In this document: piece after piece, positions 1-9,797 of the stretch
Layout: each line of letters begins with the position of its first letter
Numbering within the stretch: position 1 is the stretch's first letter
Source of the DNA: a virus
DNA length: 53,351 bases
Strand: one strand, 5' to 3'
UHGV virus genome: UHGV-0304279
Program-made: the position numbers and the translations under genes
Notes under the pieces: model-generated
Told to the model about the DNA's origin: nothing
Database searches by the model: none
The model's input: only the letters and a program-made list of their open reading frames with translations

Positions 1-56
1 AATCCATTTTGGTATGATTTAGCGTGATGCAGATCACAAAATTACAAGGTGAGAAA

Positions 57-761
57 ATGCGCAATATACCTACAGAAATGATTATTGATTCCGTCGATGC
101 CGGAGTTGGCGCGGTCATTGACTTGTTCGAACTGGACCTATCGCCACTTGGTGGCGAGGTTATCCGCTTCCATTCCGGTGCAAACGGCTATTACGGCCCT
201 GTTATCTGGAAGGACGTGGCTTACAACAGCTACCCGATCGAGGCTACTGGCTTCGAAATGAAAAACGAAGGCGTTTATTCACGTCCTCAAATGGTTGTAG
301 CCAACATCGGCGGCCTCATTACAGGGATGAATAACGATTTCAACGACCTCAGAGGCATGAAGGTAACGCGCCGCCAGGTGGAGGTAAAATATCTTGACGC
401 CGTTAACTTCCCTAACGGAAACCCCGACGCAGATCCATCTATTGAGGCTGTGTCTTTTTACGTAGTGGAGTCCATGAGCGAAGAAACAGCGGATCAGGTT
501 CAGTATGAACTGTCAACGCCAATTGATGCTGATAAAGCCGTTATCCCTGGTCGCACCATCCTTGCTGACGTTTGCCAGTGGCAATACAGGGGCGATGGTT
601 GCATGTATTCTGGCGGCCCGGTAGCAACGGATAAAGATGTACCGACAAGCGATCCAACGTTAGACAAATGCAGCCACAGATTGAGTGGTTGCCGTTTACG
701 TTTCCCGCGCCCGGCAGCACTGCCTATCTCCTGTTTCCCTGGTTCCAGCAAGGTAGGTTAA
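57..761 (+). CDS. minor tail protein L (lambda gpL-like)
   Basis: Translation aligns by eye with lambda gpL over its length (FLDAVNF, PGR..LA..C.W.YRG..C.YSG, SGC motifs); RBS AAGGTGAG before ATG at 57; the track ORF begins at 24 with a GTG. Confidence 0.85.
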   Translation: MRNIPTEMIIDSVDAGVGAVIDLFELDLSPLGGEVIRFHSGANGYYGPVIWKDVAYNSYPIEATGFEMKNEGVYSRPQMVVANIGGLITGMNNDFNDLRGMKVTRRQVEVKYLDAVNFPNGNPDADPSIEAVSFYVVESMSEETADQVQYELSTPIDADKAVIPGRTILADVCQWQYRGDGCMYSGGPVATDKDVPTSDPTLDKCSHRLSGCRLRFPRPAALPISCFPGSSKVG

Positions 762-763
762 TC

Positions 764-1495
764 ATGGGGATGGAAGACAAAATGTCGCGTTATGCCGCCG
801 CGCATCCGTTTGAGGAAGTTTGCGGGCTTGTAATAGATAACGAGTATTTTTACCCGTGCGCTAACGTATCTGAAACGCCTCACAACAGCTTCAAAATTTC
901 GCAGGACGATTACATCAAAGCGGACGAATTAGGCGTTATAACCGCCGTTTTTCACTCTCACGTTGATGATATTCCGGTATTGTCGGCACGGGATCGACAA
1001 CAGCAGGTTATTTCAGGGCTACCCTGGCTTTTGTATTCAGGCGGCAGGATCAGGAAATTCCGTCCGGTGGCGCACCTGTTAGGCCGTAAATTTGTACACG
1101 GAACGACAGATTGTTATGCGCTTTTTCGCGACGCCTATCACCTTTGCGGCGTGGACCTGCCGGACTTCGAGCGCCTTGATGGCTGGTGGCTTCGCGGTGA
1201 AAACCTGTATCTAAAAAACCTTCCATTGAACGGGTTTTATCAGGTTGATGCGCAAAGAATACAGCCTGGTGATGTGATCATTCGCCAGCCGTTTAAAGGT
1301 GCTGATCCATGTCACGCGATGGTTTACCTGGGCGATAACACAGTTTTACATCATGACCATGCCGGACTATTAAGCCGCCGCGAGCAAATGCGGCCCGCGT
1401 ATGTTCGACAGACTCATTCAATATGGAGATCTGATAAATGCTCAAATTTAGATTTACGGGCAATCTTCGAAGATATTACAGCAAAGTGTGTTTAA
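764..1495 (+). CDS. tail tip assembly protein K (lambda gpK-like, JAB/MPN plus NlpC/P60-type)
   Basis: Position after L and the HSH-containing segment typical of gpK; internal ATG at 764 directly follows the L stop, within track ORF 668-1495. Confidence 0.8.
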   Translation: MGMEDKMSRYAAAHPFEEVCGLVIDNEYFYPCANVSETPHNSFKISQDDYIKADELGVITAVFHSHVDDIPVLSARDRQQQVISGLPWLLYSGGRIRKFRPVAHLLGRKFVHGTTDCYALFRDAYHLCGVDLPDFERLDGWWLRGENLYLKNLPLNGFYQVDAQRIQPGDVIIRQPFKGADPCHAMVYLGDNTVLHHDHAGLLSRREQMRPAYVRQTHSIWRSDKCSNLDLRAIFEDITAKCV

Positions 1496-1968
1496 ACGTT
1501 GAAACGCCAGCGCAAGGACTTCGCTTATTGACCGCGCAGAATCAGGAATTCAAGAAGGCGTTTTTAAATACTCCTTTGCGTTTACGAATTGCCGGGAAAG
1601 ATTACAACGAAAAGACAGCGCCAGCGGCGGTTAATAGCAAATATCCAGATGGAACTACGGTAATTATTGCGCCAATAGTGGAAGGTGGTATTGCAGGGAT
1701 CGGTGTGGTCGGCTGGATTATGATTGGACTATCAGTTGTTAGTGTCGCTTTTTCTATTTTTATGTCTCGCAACATGAAAGTAAAAACATCATCAGAAAGC
1801 GCACAGGACAATACAATCACAAATAACACCTATACCAGCGTAGAAAACAAGGTAGGCCAGGGTAGACCAGTGCCGATTCTGCTTGGCGAAATGAAAGTAG
1901 GTTCAAACGTCGGATCGTTAGGCATAGACACGACAAATAATAAAGACGCCTTAGACGTTGTAAGTTAA
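1438..1968 (+). CDS. tail assembly protein I (lambda gpI-like)
   Basis: Position between K and J, overlaps the K 3' end as in lambda; hydrophobic glycine-rich central segment; start uncertain. Confidence 0.65.
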   Translation: MLKFRFTGNLRRYYSKVCLNVETPAQGLRLLTAQNQEFKKAFLNTPLRLRIAGKDYNEKTAPAAVNSKYPDGTTVIIAPIVEGGIAGIGVVGWIMIGLSVVSVAFSIFMSRNMKVKTSSESAQDNTITNNTYTSVENKVGQGRPVPILLGEMKVGSNVGSLGIDTTNNKDALDVVS

Positions 1969-1982
1969 CAGGAGAATTAACC

Positions 1983-4900
1983 ATGAGTAGCGGCGGCGGC
2001 AAAGCAAAAACACCGACTTTAATTAACGATAATCTATATCACAAACAGTTTTATCGTGTACTCGACATTATTTCAGAAGGTCCGATTTATGGTCCTGTTA
2101 ATACCAATGCGCCATTAAACAGCGTAATGCTTAATGACACTCCTGTAACTGACGCGAACGGTAATACCAGCATTCCAGGTGTTAGCGTTGCGTGGCGCAA
2201 TGGTACTGCCGACCAGTCACCGATCAACGGCTTTAATGCCATTGAATCCACGGTGATGGTTAACGCGCAGGTGAAACACGACACGCCACTGGTAAGGACG
2301 GTATCAGATCCGAACGTGACGCGAGTCCGGTTAAATATTGGTGTGGATTCACTGGTGGAAAGCGATAGCCAATCAAACCAGAAAGAAACATCTGTCATTA
2401 TGGCGATCGACGTTAAACCGTCCTCATCTTCCACATGGTCGTCTATCAAGGCCGTGCAAATAGGTCCAGGTAAAATCAGCGGAGAATACCTTGAAGCGCA
2501 TATTATCAATGCGCCAGATGAAAAGCCGTTTGATATTCGCGTTCGCCGTGTAACCGCTGATAGCACAAGCGATCTATTGCAGAATGATACGCGGTGGAAT
2601 AGCTACAGCGAAATAATCGACGATAATTTATCTTATCCTCACACCGCTGTAGCAGGCGCGGTTATTGACCACGATCAGTACACTGACACGCCTACCCGCA
2701 CCTATCACCTGCGTGGGCTTATTGTTGACGTGCCTGATAACTACGACCCGGAAACGCGCACTTATTCCGGTTTATGGCTTGGCGGGATGAAACAGGCGTA
2801 CACAAATAACCCTGCATGGATATTCCGCTACCTGGTTAAAAACGAGCGTTTCGGCCTTGCCCGTCATGCTGGCTACATTGACGTTGACGACGGCGCACTA
2901 TATACGCTATCCCAATACTGCGACCAGTTGGTCGATGATGGTTACGGTGGTCTTGAGCCGCGCGTTACGCTTAATGCTTACATTACGGAGCAAATGAGCG
3001 CACGCGACTTACTGGATAACATCGCCGGGATGTTCCGGGGGATCGCGTTATGGGACGGGCAACGCCTTACCGTGATGATTGATGCACCACAAGATCCAAT
3101 CGCCACCATTACGAATGCAAACGTTGTTGATGGCGCGTTTACTCGTTCAAGTATTTCCCGTGCGGAATGCTACAACGCCGTGATCGTATCCTGGACTGAC
3201 CCGGAAAACGGCTGGGAACAATCAAAAGAGTATGTAGCAGATGATGAATTAATCGCCCGTGACGGTTACAACGAAACCACGATGGAGGCGTTTGGCTGTA
3301 CGTCACGCGGGCAAGCGTACCGCGCTGGCAAATGGCTGATAGAAACAGCAAAACGCGAGCCGTCAAAATTCACATTTAAAATGGCCCGTGACGCGATTCA
3401 CTTTACGCCAGGGGATATTATCGAGATCCTCGACAATAACCGCGCAGGTGCGCGTTTAGGTGGTCGTATCGTGGCGAATAATGGGAACGTGATAACAGTT
3501 GATAAGGTTGACAGCGAGTACATCACGGCAGGCGACACTATCAGCCTGCTTGATAGCGATGGCAAATTTAAAAAACATCAGATCACTGGTATCAGCGGGA
3601 ACAAAATCACACTGGCTGCGGCCCCTGCATGGATTAGAAACGGTACTGTTTTTGCTGTATCAACCGAAGCAGCAAAACCCGTTTTATGCAGAATCACCAG
3701 TGTAGCCGAAACCGAAAATAATAGCGTGTATACCATCGAAGCCGCGCAACATGACCCTAACAAACAAGCAGTAGTCGATGAAGGCGCGATATTTGAAATC
3801 AACAACGACACGCTTAATCACTTCCGTGTACCGAATATTGAAAATCTGAAAGTGGTAAACATCGGATCTGAAACGGTTCAATGCCGCGCAACATGGGAAA
3901 CACAGACAACTACGCATCGCATGACATTCGAGATCCGCATATACAATACCGATGGTGCGGTGGTTAAAAGCTACGAAACAACGAAATACAGTTATGATTT
4001 TTACGGCATTGACGCTGGCGCGTATTCGTTAGGCGTTCGTGGAAGAAACGATACTGGCATGAAAGGTGCTGAAAGTATTGTCGATCTTGTTATTGGTGCT
4101 CCAGCCGCGCCAGTTGGCGTAAATTGGGTTCCCGGCGTATTCCAGGCGACCGTGTACCCGATAAGCAAAACCACGCTTACTACCGATACGTCATATGAAT
4201 TCTACTATGCTGGGGAAAACCAGATCACAGATCCTGCAATAATAACCACATCGGCACAGTTTACCGGGCGCGGGTATCAATGGACGTTCGGCGGCATGAA
4301 TACGGGCCATACTTATTACGTTTATGTGCGCACTCGCAATGCTTTTGGTGTGTCTGATTTCGTCGAGGCATCAGGTAAGCCGACAGAGGATTTTGACGAA
4401 ATTACTGATTACGTTACAAAGGATGTAATGGAGTCAGAGCAATTTAAGGAGATGATTAGCGACATTAAAGATCTTGGCGATCGCACTGACATTGTAGAAG
4501 GAGCTACCGAAGACCTTAAAATAGCTACAGAGGATCTTAAAGCTGACACAGATACACTTAAAAAAGACACCGAAGACCTTTATAAGAAAGTCGAAGAAAA
4601 CGCCGATGAAATAGGCAAACATGAGGTAAGAATAGACTCATTAGAGGTATCAAGCGAAAACGTTAATAACGAACTGGCACAGACAAAAGCAAGTTTACAA
4701 AACGCTTCGCTTGCTCTGATCAACAACTCGCTTGCTCAAACTAACACGCGGGTTACTCTTACCGCTCAATATAAGAAAGGTCGCAACGAAACAAAGGCAC
4801 AGATTGACCGCATTGACAACGTTATCGCAGAGGAGAAAAAAGCGACAGCGGAATCACTGGAAACCATCACAGCCGAAATAAGCACGATGGACTCAAACAT

Positions 4901-6035
4901 CAAAGGAGAGATAGCACGCGTAGACAAAGCAATAGCAACAGAAACGCAGGCAAGAAGCGACGCAATAACAGAAGTTAAAGCTGATCTTACAACGCTTGAA
5001 AGTAATACAAATGCCAGTGTTAGCCGTCTCGATCAGGCCATCGCTGATGAGTCAAGCGCCCGCGCCCAGGCAATATCAGGAATCAGTGCGGAGCTTGGTC
5101 TTGTTGAAAATGAGGTTGATAAAAACAGCGACGAAATAGATCAGGCGAAAGCAAGTCTACAAAACGCTTCACTTGCTCTGATCAACAACTCAATAGCGCA
5201 AAGCAAAATGAGCACTGTTATTGAGGCAAAATACAGGAAAGGCCAGACAAAAACAAAAGCGGAAATAGCAAGGATCGACACCGCAATAGCAGACGAAACC
5301 CAGGCCCGCGCGGAGGCTATAGCATCGCTTGAGGCAAATATTAATGAAAACATTTCAGCAAAAATAACAGATATATCAACGGCGCTTGCAACTCACGAGG
5401 AATCAAGTGCTGAAAAATTTGTTCAAATATCGGCATCTTTCGACGATGTAAACTCAAGCATCACGGAATGGTCACAGGCTATGGCAACGGCAGACGAGGC
5501 ATTATCAACCAAAATTGATCAGCTAACAGTTACCGTTAACGGGAACACAACAGCTATCGAGACGACATCGAAAGCATTAACTGATTTCAAAGGTGACGTT
5601 AACGCATCATATTCAATCAAGATTGCCACTGATAACAACGGCATGAAATATGCCACTGGCATGTCGCTTGGCCTGACTGGTAGCGGGACTAACGTTCAAT
5701 CGCAGTGCATTTTCCTCGTTGACCGCTTCGTGTTAATGACCGCCGCAAACGGCACATATACAACGCCTTTCTATGTCACTGGCGGCGCAATGTATGTACG
5801 TGAAGCGTTTATTAAGGACGCATCAATCACTAACGCGAAAATAGGTTCTTACATCCAATCAAATAACTATGTTTCCGGCAGCACAGGCTGGAAACTTGAT
5901 AAATCCGGTACATTCGAAAACTACGGATCAGTAAGCGGTGAAGGGGCGATGAAGTGGACGAATACAACGATCTCTGTCAGAGATGGAAATAGCGTGTTAC
6001 GCGTCCAGATTGGGCGAATTACCGGATCATGGTAG
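1983..6035 (+). CDS. tail tip / host specificity protein J (central tail fibre), with long C-terminal coiled-coil extension
   Basis: N-terminal two thirds resemble lambda gpJ throughout (N-terminus, NPAW, YCDQ.V.DG.GG.EPR.T.NAY, FGCTSRGQA.RAG.WL motifs); 1350 aa; C-terminal part is heptad-rich with an internal duplication. Confidence 0.9.
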   Translation: MSSGGGKAKTPTLINDNLYHKQFYRVLDIISEGPIYGPVNTNAPLNSVMLNDTPVTDANGNTSIPGVSVAWRNGTADQSPINGFNAIESTVMVNAQVKHDTPLVRTVSDPNVTRVRLNIGVDSLVESDSQSNQKETSVIMAIDVKPSSSSTWSSIKAVQIGPGKISGEYLEAHIINAPDEKPFDIRVRRVTADSTSDLLQNDTRWNSYSEIIDDNLSYPHTAVAGAVIDHDQYTDTPTRTYHLRGLIVDVPDNYDPETRTYSGLWLGGMKQAYTNNPAWIFRYLVKNERFGLARHAGYIDVDDGALYTLSQYCDQLVDDGYGGLEPRVTLNAYITEQMSARDLLDNIAGMFRGIALWDGQRLTVMIDAPQDPIATITNANVVDGAFTRSSISRAECYNAVIVSWTDPENGWEQSKEYVADDELIARDGYNETTMEAFGCTSRGQAYRAGKWLIETAKREPSKFTFKMARDAIHFTPGDIIEILDNNRAGARLGGRIVANNGNVITVDKVDSEYITAGDTISLLDSDGKFKKHQITGISGNKITLAAAPAWIRNGTVFAVSTEAAKPVLCRITSVAETENNSVYTIEAAQHDPNKQAVVDEGAIFEINNDTLNHFRVPNIENLKVVNIGSETVQCRATWETQTTTHRMTFEIRIYNTDGAVVKSYETTKYSYDFYGIDAGAYSLGVRGRNDTGMKGAESIVDLVIGAPAAPVGVNWVPGVFQATVYPISKTTLTTDTSYEFYYAGENQITDPAIITTSAQFTGRGYQWTFGGMNTGHTYYVYVRTRNAFGVSDFVEASGKPTEDFDEITDYVTKDVMESEQFKEMISDIKDLGDRTDIVEGATEDLKIATEDLKADTDTLKKDTEDLYKKVEENADEIGKHEVRIDSLEVSSENVNNELAQTKASLQNASLALINNSLAQTNTRVTLTAQYKKGRNETKAQIDRIDNVIAEEKKATAESLETITAEISTMDSNIKGEIARVDKAIATETQARSDAITEVKADLTTLESNTNASVSRLDQAIADESSARAQAISGISAELGLVENEVDKNSDEIDQAKASLQNASLALINNSIAQSKMSTVIEAKYRKGQTKTKAEIARIDTAIADETQARAEAIASLEANINENISAKITDISTALATHEESSAEKFVQISASFDDVNSSITEWSQAMATADEALSTKIDQLTVTVNGNTTAIETTSKALTDFKGDVNASYSIKIATDNNGMKYATGMSLGLTGSGTNVQSQCIFLVDRFVLMTAANGTYTTPFYVTGGAMYVREAFIKDASITNAKIGSYIQSNNYVSGSTGWKLDKSGTFENYGSVSGEGAMKWTNTTISVRDGNSVLRVQIGRITGSW
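4686..5213 (+). repeat. internal direct duplication inside J coiled-coil region (copies about 4686-4729 and 5170-5213)
   Basis: Near-identical about 44 nt segments encoding KASLQNASLALINNS(L/I)AQ, each followed by a similar about 50 aa block. Confidence 0.7.
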
Positions 6036-6085
6036 AATTAAGGGGCCGACTTGTTCGGCCTCAGTTTTATTATGGAGGTGTAATA

Positions 6086-6397
6086 ATGGCTACTTTCGGC
6101 GTAGCGACCTGGGACGCCAATGGCAATCCTAATAACTACGGTATCAAACCTTCCGTCGTAGTTGGCTATATTTCCTTGTCTTCCGGGCAAGTATCCGGAA
6201 CATATTCTTTTACCGTTCCAACCGGGTGCAAATTATCTTATGGCGTGGCGCTTGATTATGGTACAACATCGTCAACGCGCAGAAAGATCAGCATTTCCGG
6301 CGGCACTGTTTCCATTTCCTCCGCAGGGGATACGGTAGGGGCTGATATATGGCCTGCGTCACAATGTGACCTGATTATTTTTACGGAGATTGCATAA
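6086..6397 (+). CDS. hypothetical protein, MATFG paralogue 1
   Basis: ATG at 6086 with RBS GGAGGT; shares the N-terminal MATFG..(L/W)..NGN motif with the next gene. Confidence 0.5.
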   Translation: MATFGVATWDANGNPNNYGIKPSVVVGYISLSSGQVSGTYSFTVPTGCKLSYGVALDYGTTSSTRRKISISGGTVSISSAGDTVGADIWPASQCDLIIFTEIA

Positions 6398-6996
6398 TGG
6401 CTACTTTTGGCGCTTATTTACGCCTAGATAATGGCAATATTTTTGTAACGCCGGATTCTACCCCGATGTGCTTATATTCGCGGGTGGCATTAAATTCCAG
6501 CCAACAACAAACGATCGCTGTACCCAACGGTAAGCCTGTAATGGTATTCATCAAAAACACCGACGACACCGCTACTGGGCTTGCCTATCGCGCATCATCA
6601 TCTACGGTAGTGATCCCGCCTGGCAACGGGTATGCGTATATATTCAGCATCTTCCCGCCATCGCTGCCGAAATGGGGGATGGCTATCTGGAACGCTTCCG
6701 GGGAACTGGTACTGACCAACGAATCAAAAATATTAACCGACCTTGTTACAGTAGGCACGGCGGGATCGAGCGGGGGGATTTATATCGATCAAACATTATC
6801 AGGATCTTATGCGGTAGTGCCTCAGATATTGGGGGCCGCTGTAGGTATGGGTTCCGCAACAATATATACAGAATCATACTACAACGGCAGCAATACACGA
6901 ATTCGCGGGAAGATGGTTGGTAGCTTGCAACAGATTTACGGTTACATTAATCACGGGAACGCTATCACCGCCATTAAAACCGACGCCTATGATTAA
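6397..6996 (+). CDS. hypothetical protein, MATFG paralogue 2
   Basis: Start overlaps the stop of the previous gene (TAATG); N-terminal paralogy; glycine/serine-rich. Confidence 0.5.
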   Translation: MATFGAYLRLDNGNIFVTPDSTPMCLYSRVALNSSQQQTIAVPNGKPVMVFIKNTDDTATGLAYRASSSTVVIPPGNGYAYIFSIFPPSLPKWGMAIWNASGELVLTNESKILTDLVTVGTAGSSGGIYIDQTLSGSYAVVPQILGAAVGMGSATIYTESYYNGSNTRIRGKMVGSLQQIYGYINHGNAITAIKTDAYD

Positions 6997-7232
6997 TTCA
7001 GTTCCGGGCAATCCGTTTTCTTGAAGTGGTCAACGCTTACCCATTGGAAGTTAAACGGATACCCGGCCTTAACCATTTTATGACCGCCAACATCCGCGAC
7101 ACCGAAGACTGCAACCGCATATTCATTACCTCCAGCCTGATAAGTTGCCGTGCATTCACGTTTCGGCATATCAGCGCAACCAACCATACCAGCGACCATT
7201 GCAGCTATAGCGATATTTTTAAAGCCTTTCAT
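6993..7232 (-). CDS. small lipoprotein (moron), candidate superinfection-exclusion factor
   Basis: Minus-strand ORF inside the tail operon; signal peptide with lipobox-like VGC (MKGFKNIAIAAMVAGMVGCAD); RBS GGAGG upstream. Confidence 0.5.
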   Translation of the reverse strand: MKGFKNIAIAAMVAGMVGCADMPKRECTATYQAGGNEYAVAVFGVADVGGHKMVKAGYPFNFQWVSVDHFKKTDCPELN

Positions 7233-7307
7233 TGTCTTATCCTCCATTGTTCCGTCGGTTGTAGTATCCATAAACATCGTTTTCTCAACATTGATATAAA
7301 TCAATAA

Positions 7308-7362
7308 ATACATTTTGTATAAGCCAGAAATGTAACGCAGATCACAAAATGGTAAAATTACC
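7308..7362 (+). promoter_or_regulatory. restart promoter-like region upstream of the tail fibre gene
   Basis: Contains ATACATTTTGTATA and GATCACAAAATGG motif copies plus extended -10-like TGgTAAAAT at 7350-7358. Confidence 0.4.
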
Positions 7363-7391
7363 AGGTTAATTAACATAATGGAGTCATTGCG

Positions 7392-9170
7392 ATGATTTAC
7401 ACAACAGGCACGATAGCCGTTAGCGGAAACACAGTTACCGGAAAGGGGACTGAATTCAACGCCGCATTATCTCTGATCAGAGTTGGTTGCACTCTTATTG
7501 CCATTAGCGATCCGGTGCAAATTTTTTCAATCACAGAGGTAAAAAGCGCAACAAGTTTGTCGGTAACTCCGGCGGCAAGCCCGTCTATTCCGGCTGGGAC
7601 TAAATTTAGCATCCTGCTTTCAGATTCGATCTCTGTGGATGGTCTTGCTCAGGATGTCGCCGAAACACTACGTTACTATCAGGGCAAGGAATCAGAAATA
7701 GCTGACGCCGTAGAATTTTTTAGCGACAACAAGGATGTAATTTCAGCCTCAAAATTAGCGTCAGAATCGGCTACCACTGCAACTAACGCAGCAACAACAG
7801 CGACAACCGCCGCCAATTCAGCAAAGACATACAGAGACGAGGCCCACGAATACGCCAATCAGACGGCGCAGCCTTACGCGTATGTTTTGCAGCCGCTGCC
7901 GGACGTATGGATACCGTTTAATGATTCACTTGATATGCTCACTGGCTACGGCCCTGGCACTAAAAAAGTAACCATTGATGGTGAAGAAAAAACAATATCA
8001 TCAGATAAGGTTGTTTCTTTCTCACGCGCAAGCACTGCGACCTATATCAATAAATCCGGTGTACTCACCACTGCTGATATTGACGAGCCACGTTTCGAAC
8101 GCGAAGGATTATTAATCGAAGGTACGCGCACGAATTACCTGCGCAATTCTAACAATCCAGCATCGTGGCCTATTCATAGCCAATTAACTAAAGAAACGGG
8201 CGCAGACGAAAACGGGTTTAACTATGCGACAGTAACAGTAAGCGACGATCTTGTAGGGACGACAGGCGGTTACACTGTGCATGGCGTAGTTACAGCTGAT
8301 AGATTTGCATTAGCCGCTGGCGAGAGCCTCACACTTTCCGCTCTTTGCCGTGGTACTAATGCACGCTGCCGGGCGCGTATATCAATTATTGTTGATGGAA
8401 CTGATACATTTTCTGCTGACTCTTATTTAAATTTAAATACAGGTGAAGCGTTAGTGTCTGGTGATACTACGCTAATCACTACGAAATCAGAGCAACGTGG
8501 CGATTGGTATTACTTTGAAACAACATACACAGCAAAGGTTGATATAGATGCTGTTAATTGTTCTTTTTATATATCTAACCTGGTAAATGATAGCTTTTAT
8601 TCCGATTCTTCTATGGCATTAGCAACTCCGCAAATCGAGTTAGGTTCTTGCGCATCATCGTTTATTGTATCAGGTGACACTCCAACCACACGAGCAAGCG
8701 ACATGGTAAGCATACCTACTAAGAATAACCTGTTTAAGCCACCATTCAGTTTTTTACTTGAATTACACAAGGAATGGACAACAGCACCAAACGCAGCGCC
8801 TAGAGTATTTGACATTGCAAACGCAAACACAGGGCAAAGTGTTATAGCTGCTATTAACAGAGGTAGCAGTAAATTTTACGTTTCCTTGTCTAACAGTTCT
8901 GGTACTTACATCAATTCTGCCGCTGATTCCGTATTGCCAAGTAAAGCCATTGTTGGTGCGGTAGTTAAAGGTGATGATACTTTTCACGCGATCATGGATG
9001 GTGTGGCGGTTGCAGATACAACATGTTCCTACGGTGGAGTAACTCAAGACAAAAACATCAGATTCGGCGGCCAGGTAGCAGACGGAGCGCGTCACTTGTT
9101 CGGACATATAAGAAATTTTCGTATCTGGCACAAAGCATTAACTGATTCTCAATTAAGCGAAATTGTTTAA
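7392..9170 (+). CDS. side tail fibre protein with C-terminal lectin-like (LamG/ConA-like) domain
   Basis: 592 aa; Ala/Thr-rich fibre-like segment (SESATTATNAATTATTAANSAKTY); C-terminal domain resembles a concanavalin-like lectin fold. Confidence 0.7.
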   Translation: MIYTTGTIAVSGNTVTGKGTEFNAALSLIRVGCTLIAISDPVQIFSITEVKSATSLSVTPAASPSIPAGTKFSILLSDSISVDGLAQDVAETLRYYQGKESEIADAVEFFSDNKDVISASKLASESATTATNAATTATTAANSAKTYRDEAHEYANQTAQPYAYVLQPLPDVWIPFNDSLDMLTGYGPGTKKVTIDGEEKTISSDKVVSFSRASTATYINKSGVLTTADIDEPRFEREGLLIEGTRTNYLRNSNNPASWPIHSQLTKETGADENGFNYATVTVSDDLVGTTGGYTVHGVVTADRFALAAGESLTLSALCRGTNARCRARISIIVDGTDTFSADSYLNLNTGEALVSGDTTLITTKSEQRGDWYYFETTYTAKVDIDAVNCSFYISNLVNDSFYSDSSMALATPQIELGSCASSFIVSGDTPTTRASDMVSIPTKNNLFKPPFSFLLELHKEWTTAPNAAPRVFDIANANTGQSVIAAINRGSSKFYVSLSNSSGTYINSAADSVLPSKAIVGAVVKGDDTFHAIMDGVAVADTTCSYGGVTQDKNIRFGGQVADGARHLFGHIRNFRIWHKALTDSQLSEIV

Positions 9171-9180
9171 GGTGGTTAGC

Positions 9181-9447
9181 ATGAAAGACGTTAGCTTGCA
9201 ATTTACTGATAAACAGCAATACAACGACATTGTGATTAACAGCGGCTGGCTGGACGAAAATCAGCAAACCGTGTTTATTGATGATATTGGTTTTGTTCTT
9301 GTATTCGATGATCCAGAAAGCGAGACGCCTGTACTGATTGAGAAAAAAGGCTATTACGTCAACATGCGCATTACTGGTGACGATATTGATTTGTCGCCGC
9401 TGGAAAAATTCACCATTCCAGATCCCGGCGTCCGCGCATGGGCTTGA
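9181..9447 (+). CDS. hypothetical protein (possible fibre-associated)
   Basis: ORF coupled to the tail fibre gene; start and function uncertain. Confidence 0.35.
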   Translation: MKDVSLQFTDKQQYNDIVINSGWLDENQQTVFIDDIGFVLVFDDPESETPVLIEKKGYYVNMRITGDDIDLSPLEKFTIPDPGVRAWA

Positions 9448-9490
9448 TGGTGCAATAGTAACAGCATGGTGATGTTAAAGACATCGCCGC

Positions 9491-9520
9491 GAAACGAGGC
9501 TAACGCCTCGTTTCTTTTTG
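9491..9520 (+). terminator. rho-independent terminator ending the tail operon
   Basis: Hairpin GAAACGAGGC-taac-GCCTCGTTTC followed by TTTTTG. Confidence 0.7.
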
Positions 9521-9781
9521 TGTACCAAATAGTGACCAAATATCAAAAACCAAAATCAAAAACAACATAACATTCTGTTTTATAAATGATTATTCGTTAC
9601 GCTAACCATTCCAGACAGGACCAGTGCGCTCTGTTTAAAGGTGTTTAACTCCGTTCAATCACGTCAATAAAATCACTTAAAAATCATACAGTTGCAACCA
9701 AAACCAGGCATCACGTTTCTAATTCAGTACAATACTGTTAATATCCGTACAACAAAAACTGTGTACCAAAACGTGACCAAA
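9519..9781 (+). other. putative attP region flanked by direct repeats (candidate integrase arm-type sites)
   Basis: TGTGTACCAAATAGTGACCAAA at 9519-9540 and TGTGTACCAAAACGTGACCAAA at 9760-9781 bracket an AT-rich stretch immediately upstream of int. Confidence 0.4.
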
Positions 9782-9797
9782 AATGGGGGGGTGCAAC

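Noticed and set aside
2087-5353. Antisense and alternative-frame ORFs inside the J gene (2087-2566, 3139-3366, 3499-3917, 4434-4622, 5141-5353)
   Set aside because: They lie entirely within a well-supported long coding sequence, lack RBSs and have low-complexity translations; treated as chance ORFs.
9541-9759. tRNA gene or tRNA 3' fragment at the putative attP
   Set aside because: No cloverleaf-compatible sequence or T-loop/CCA-like 3' end could be recognised by eye; left as an unresolved att core.
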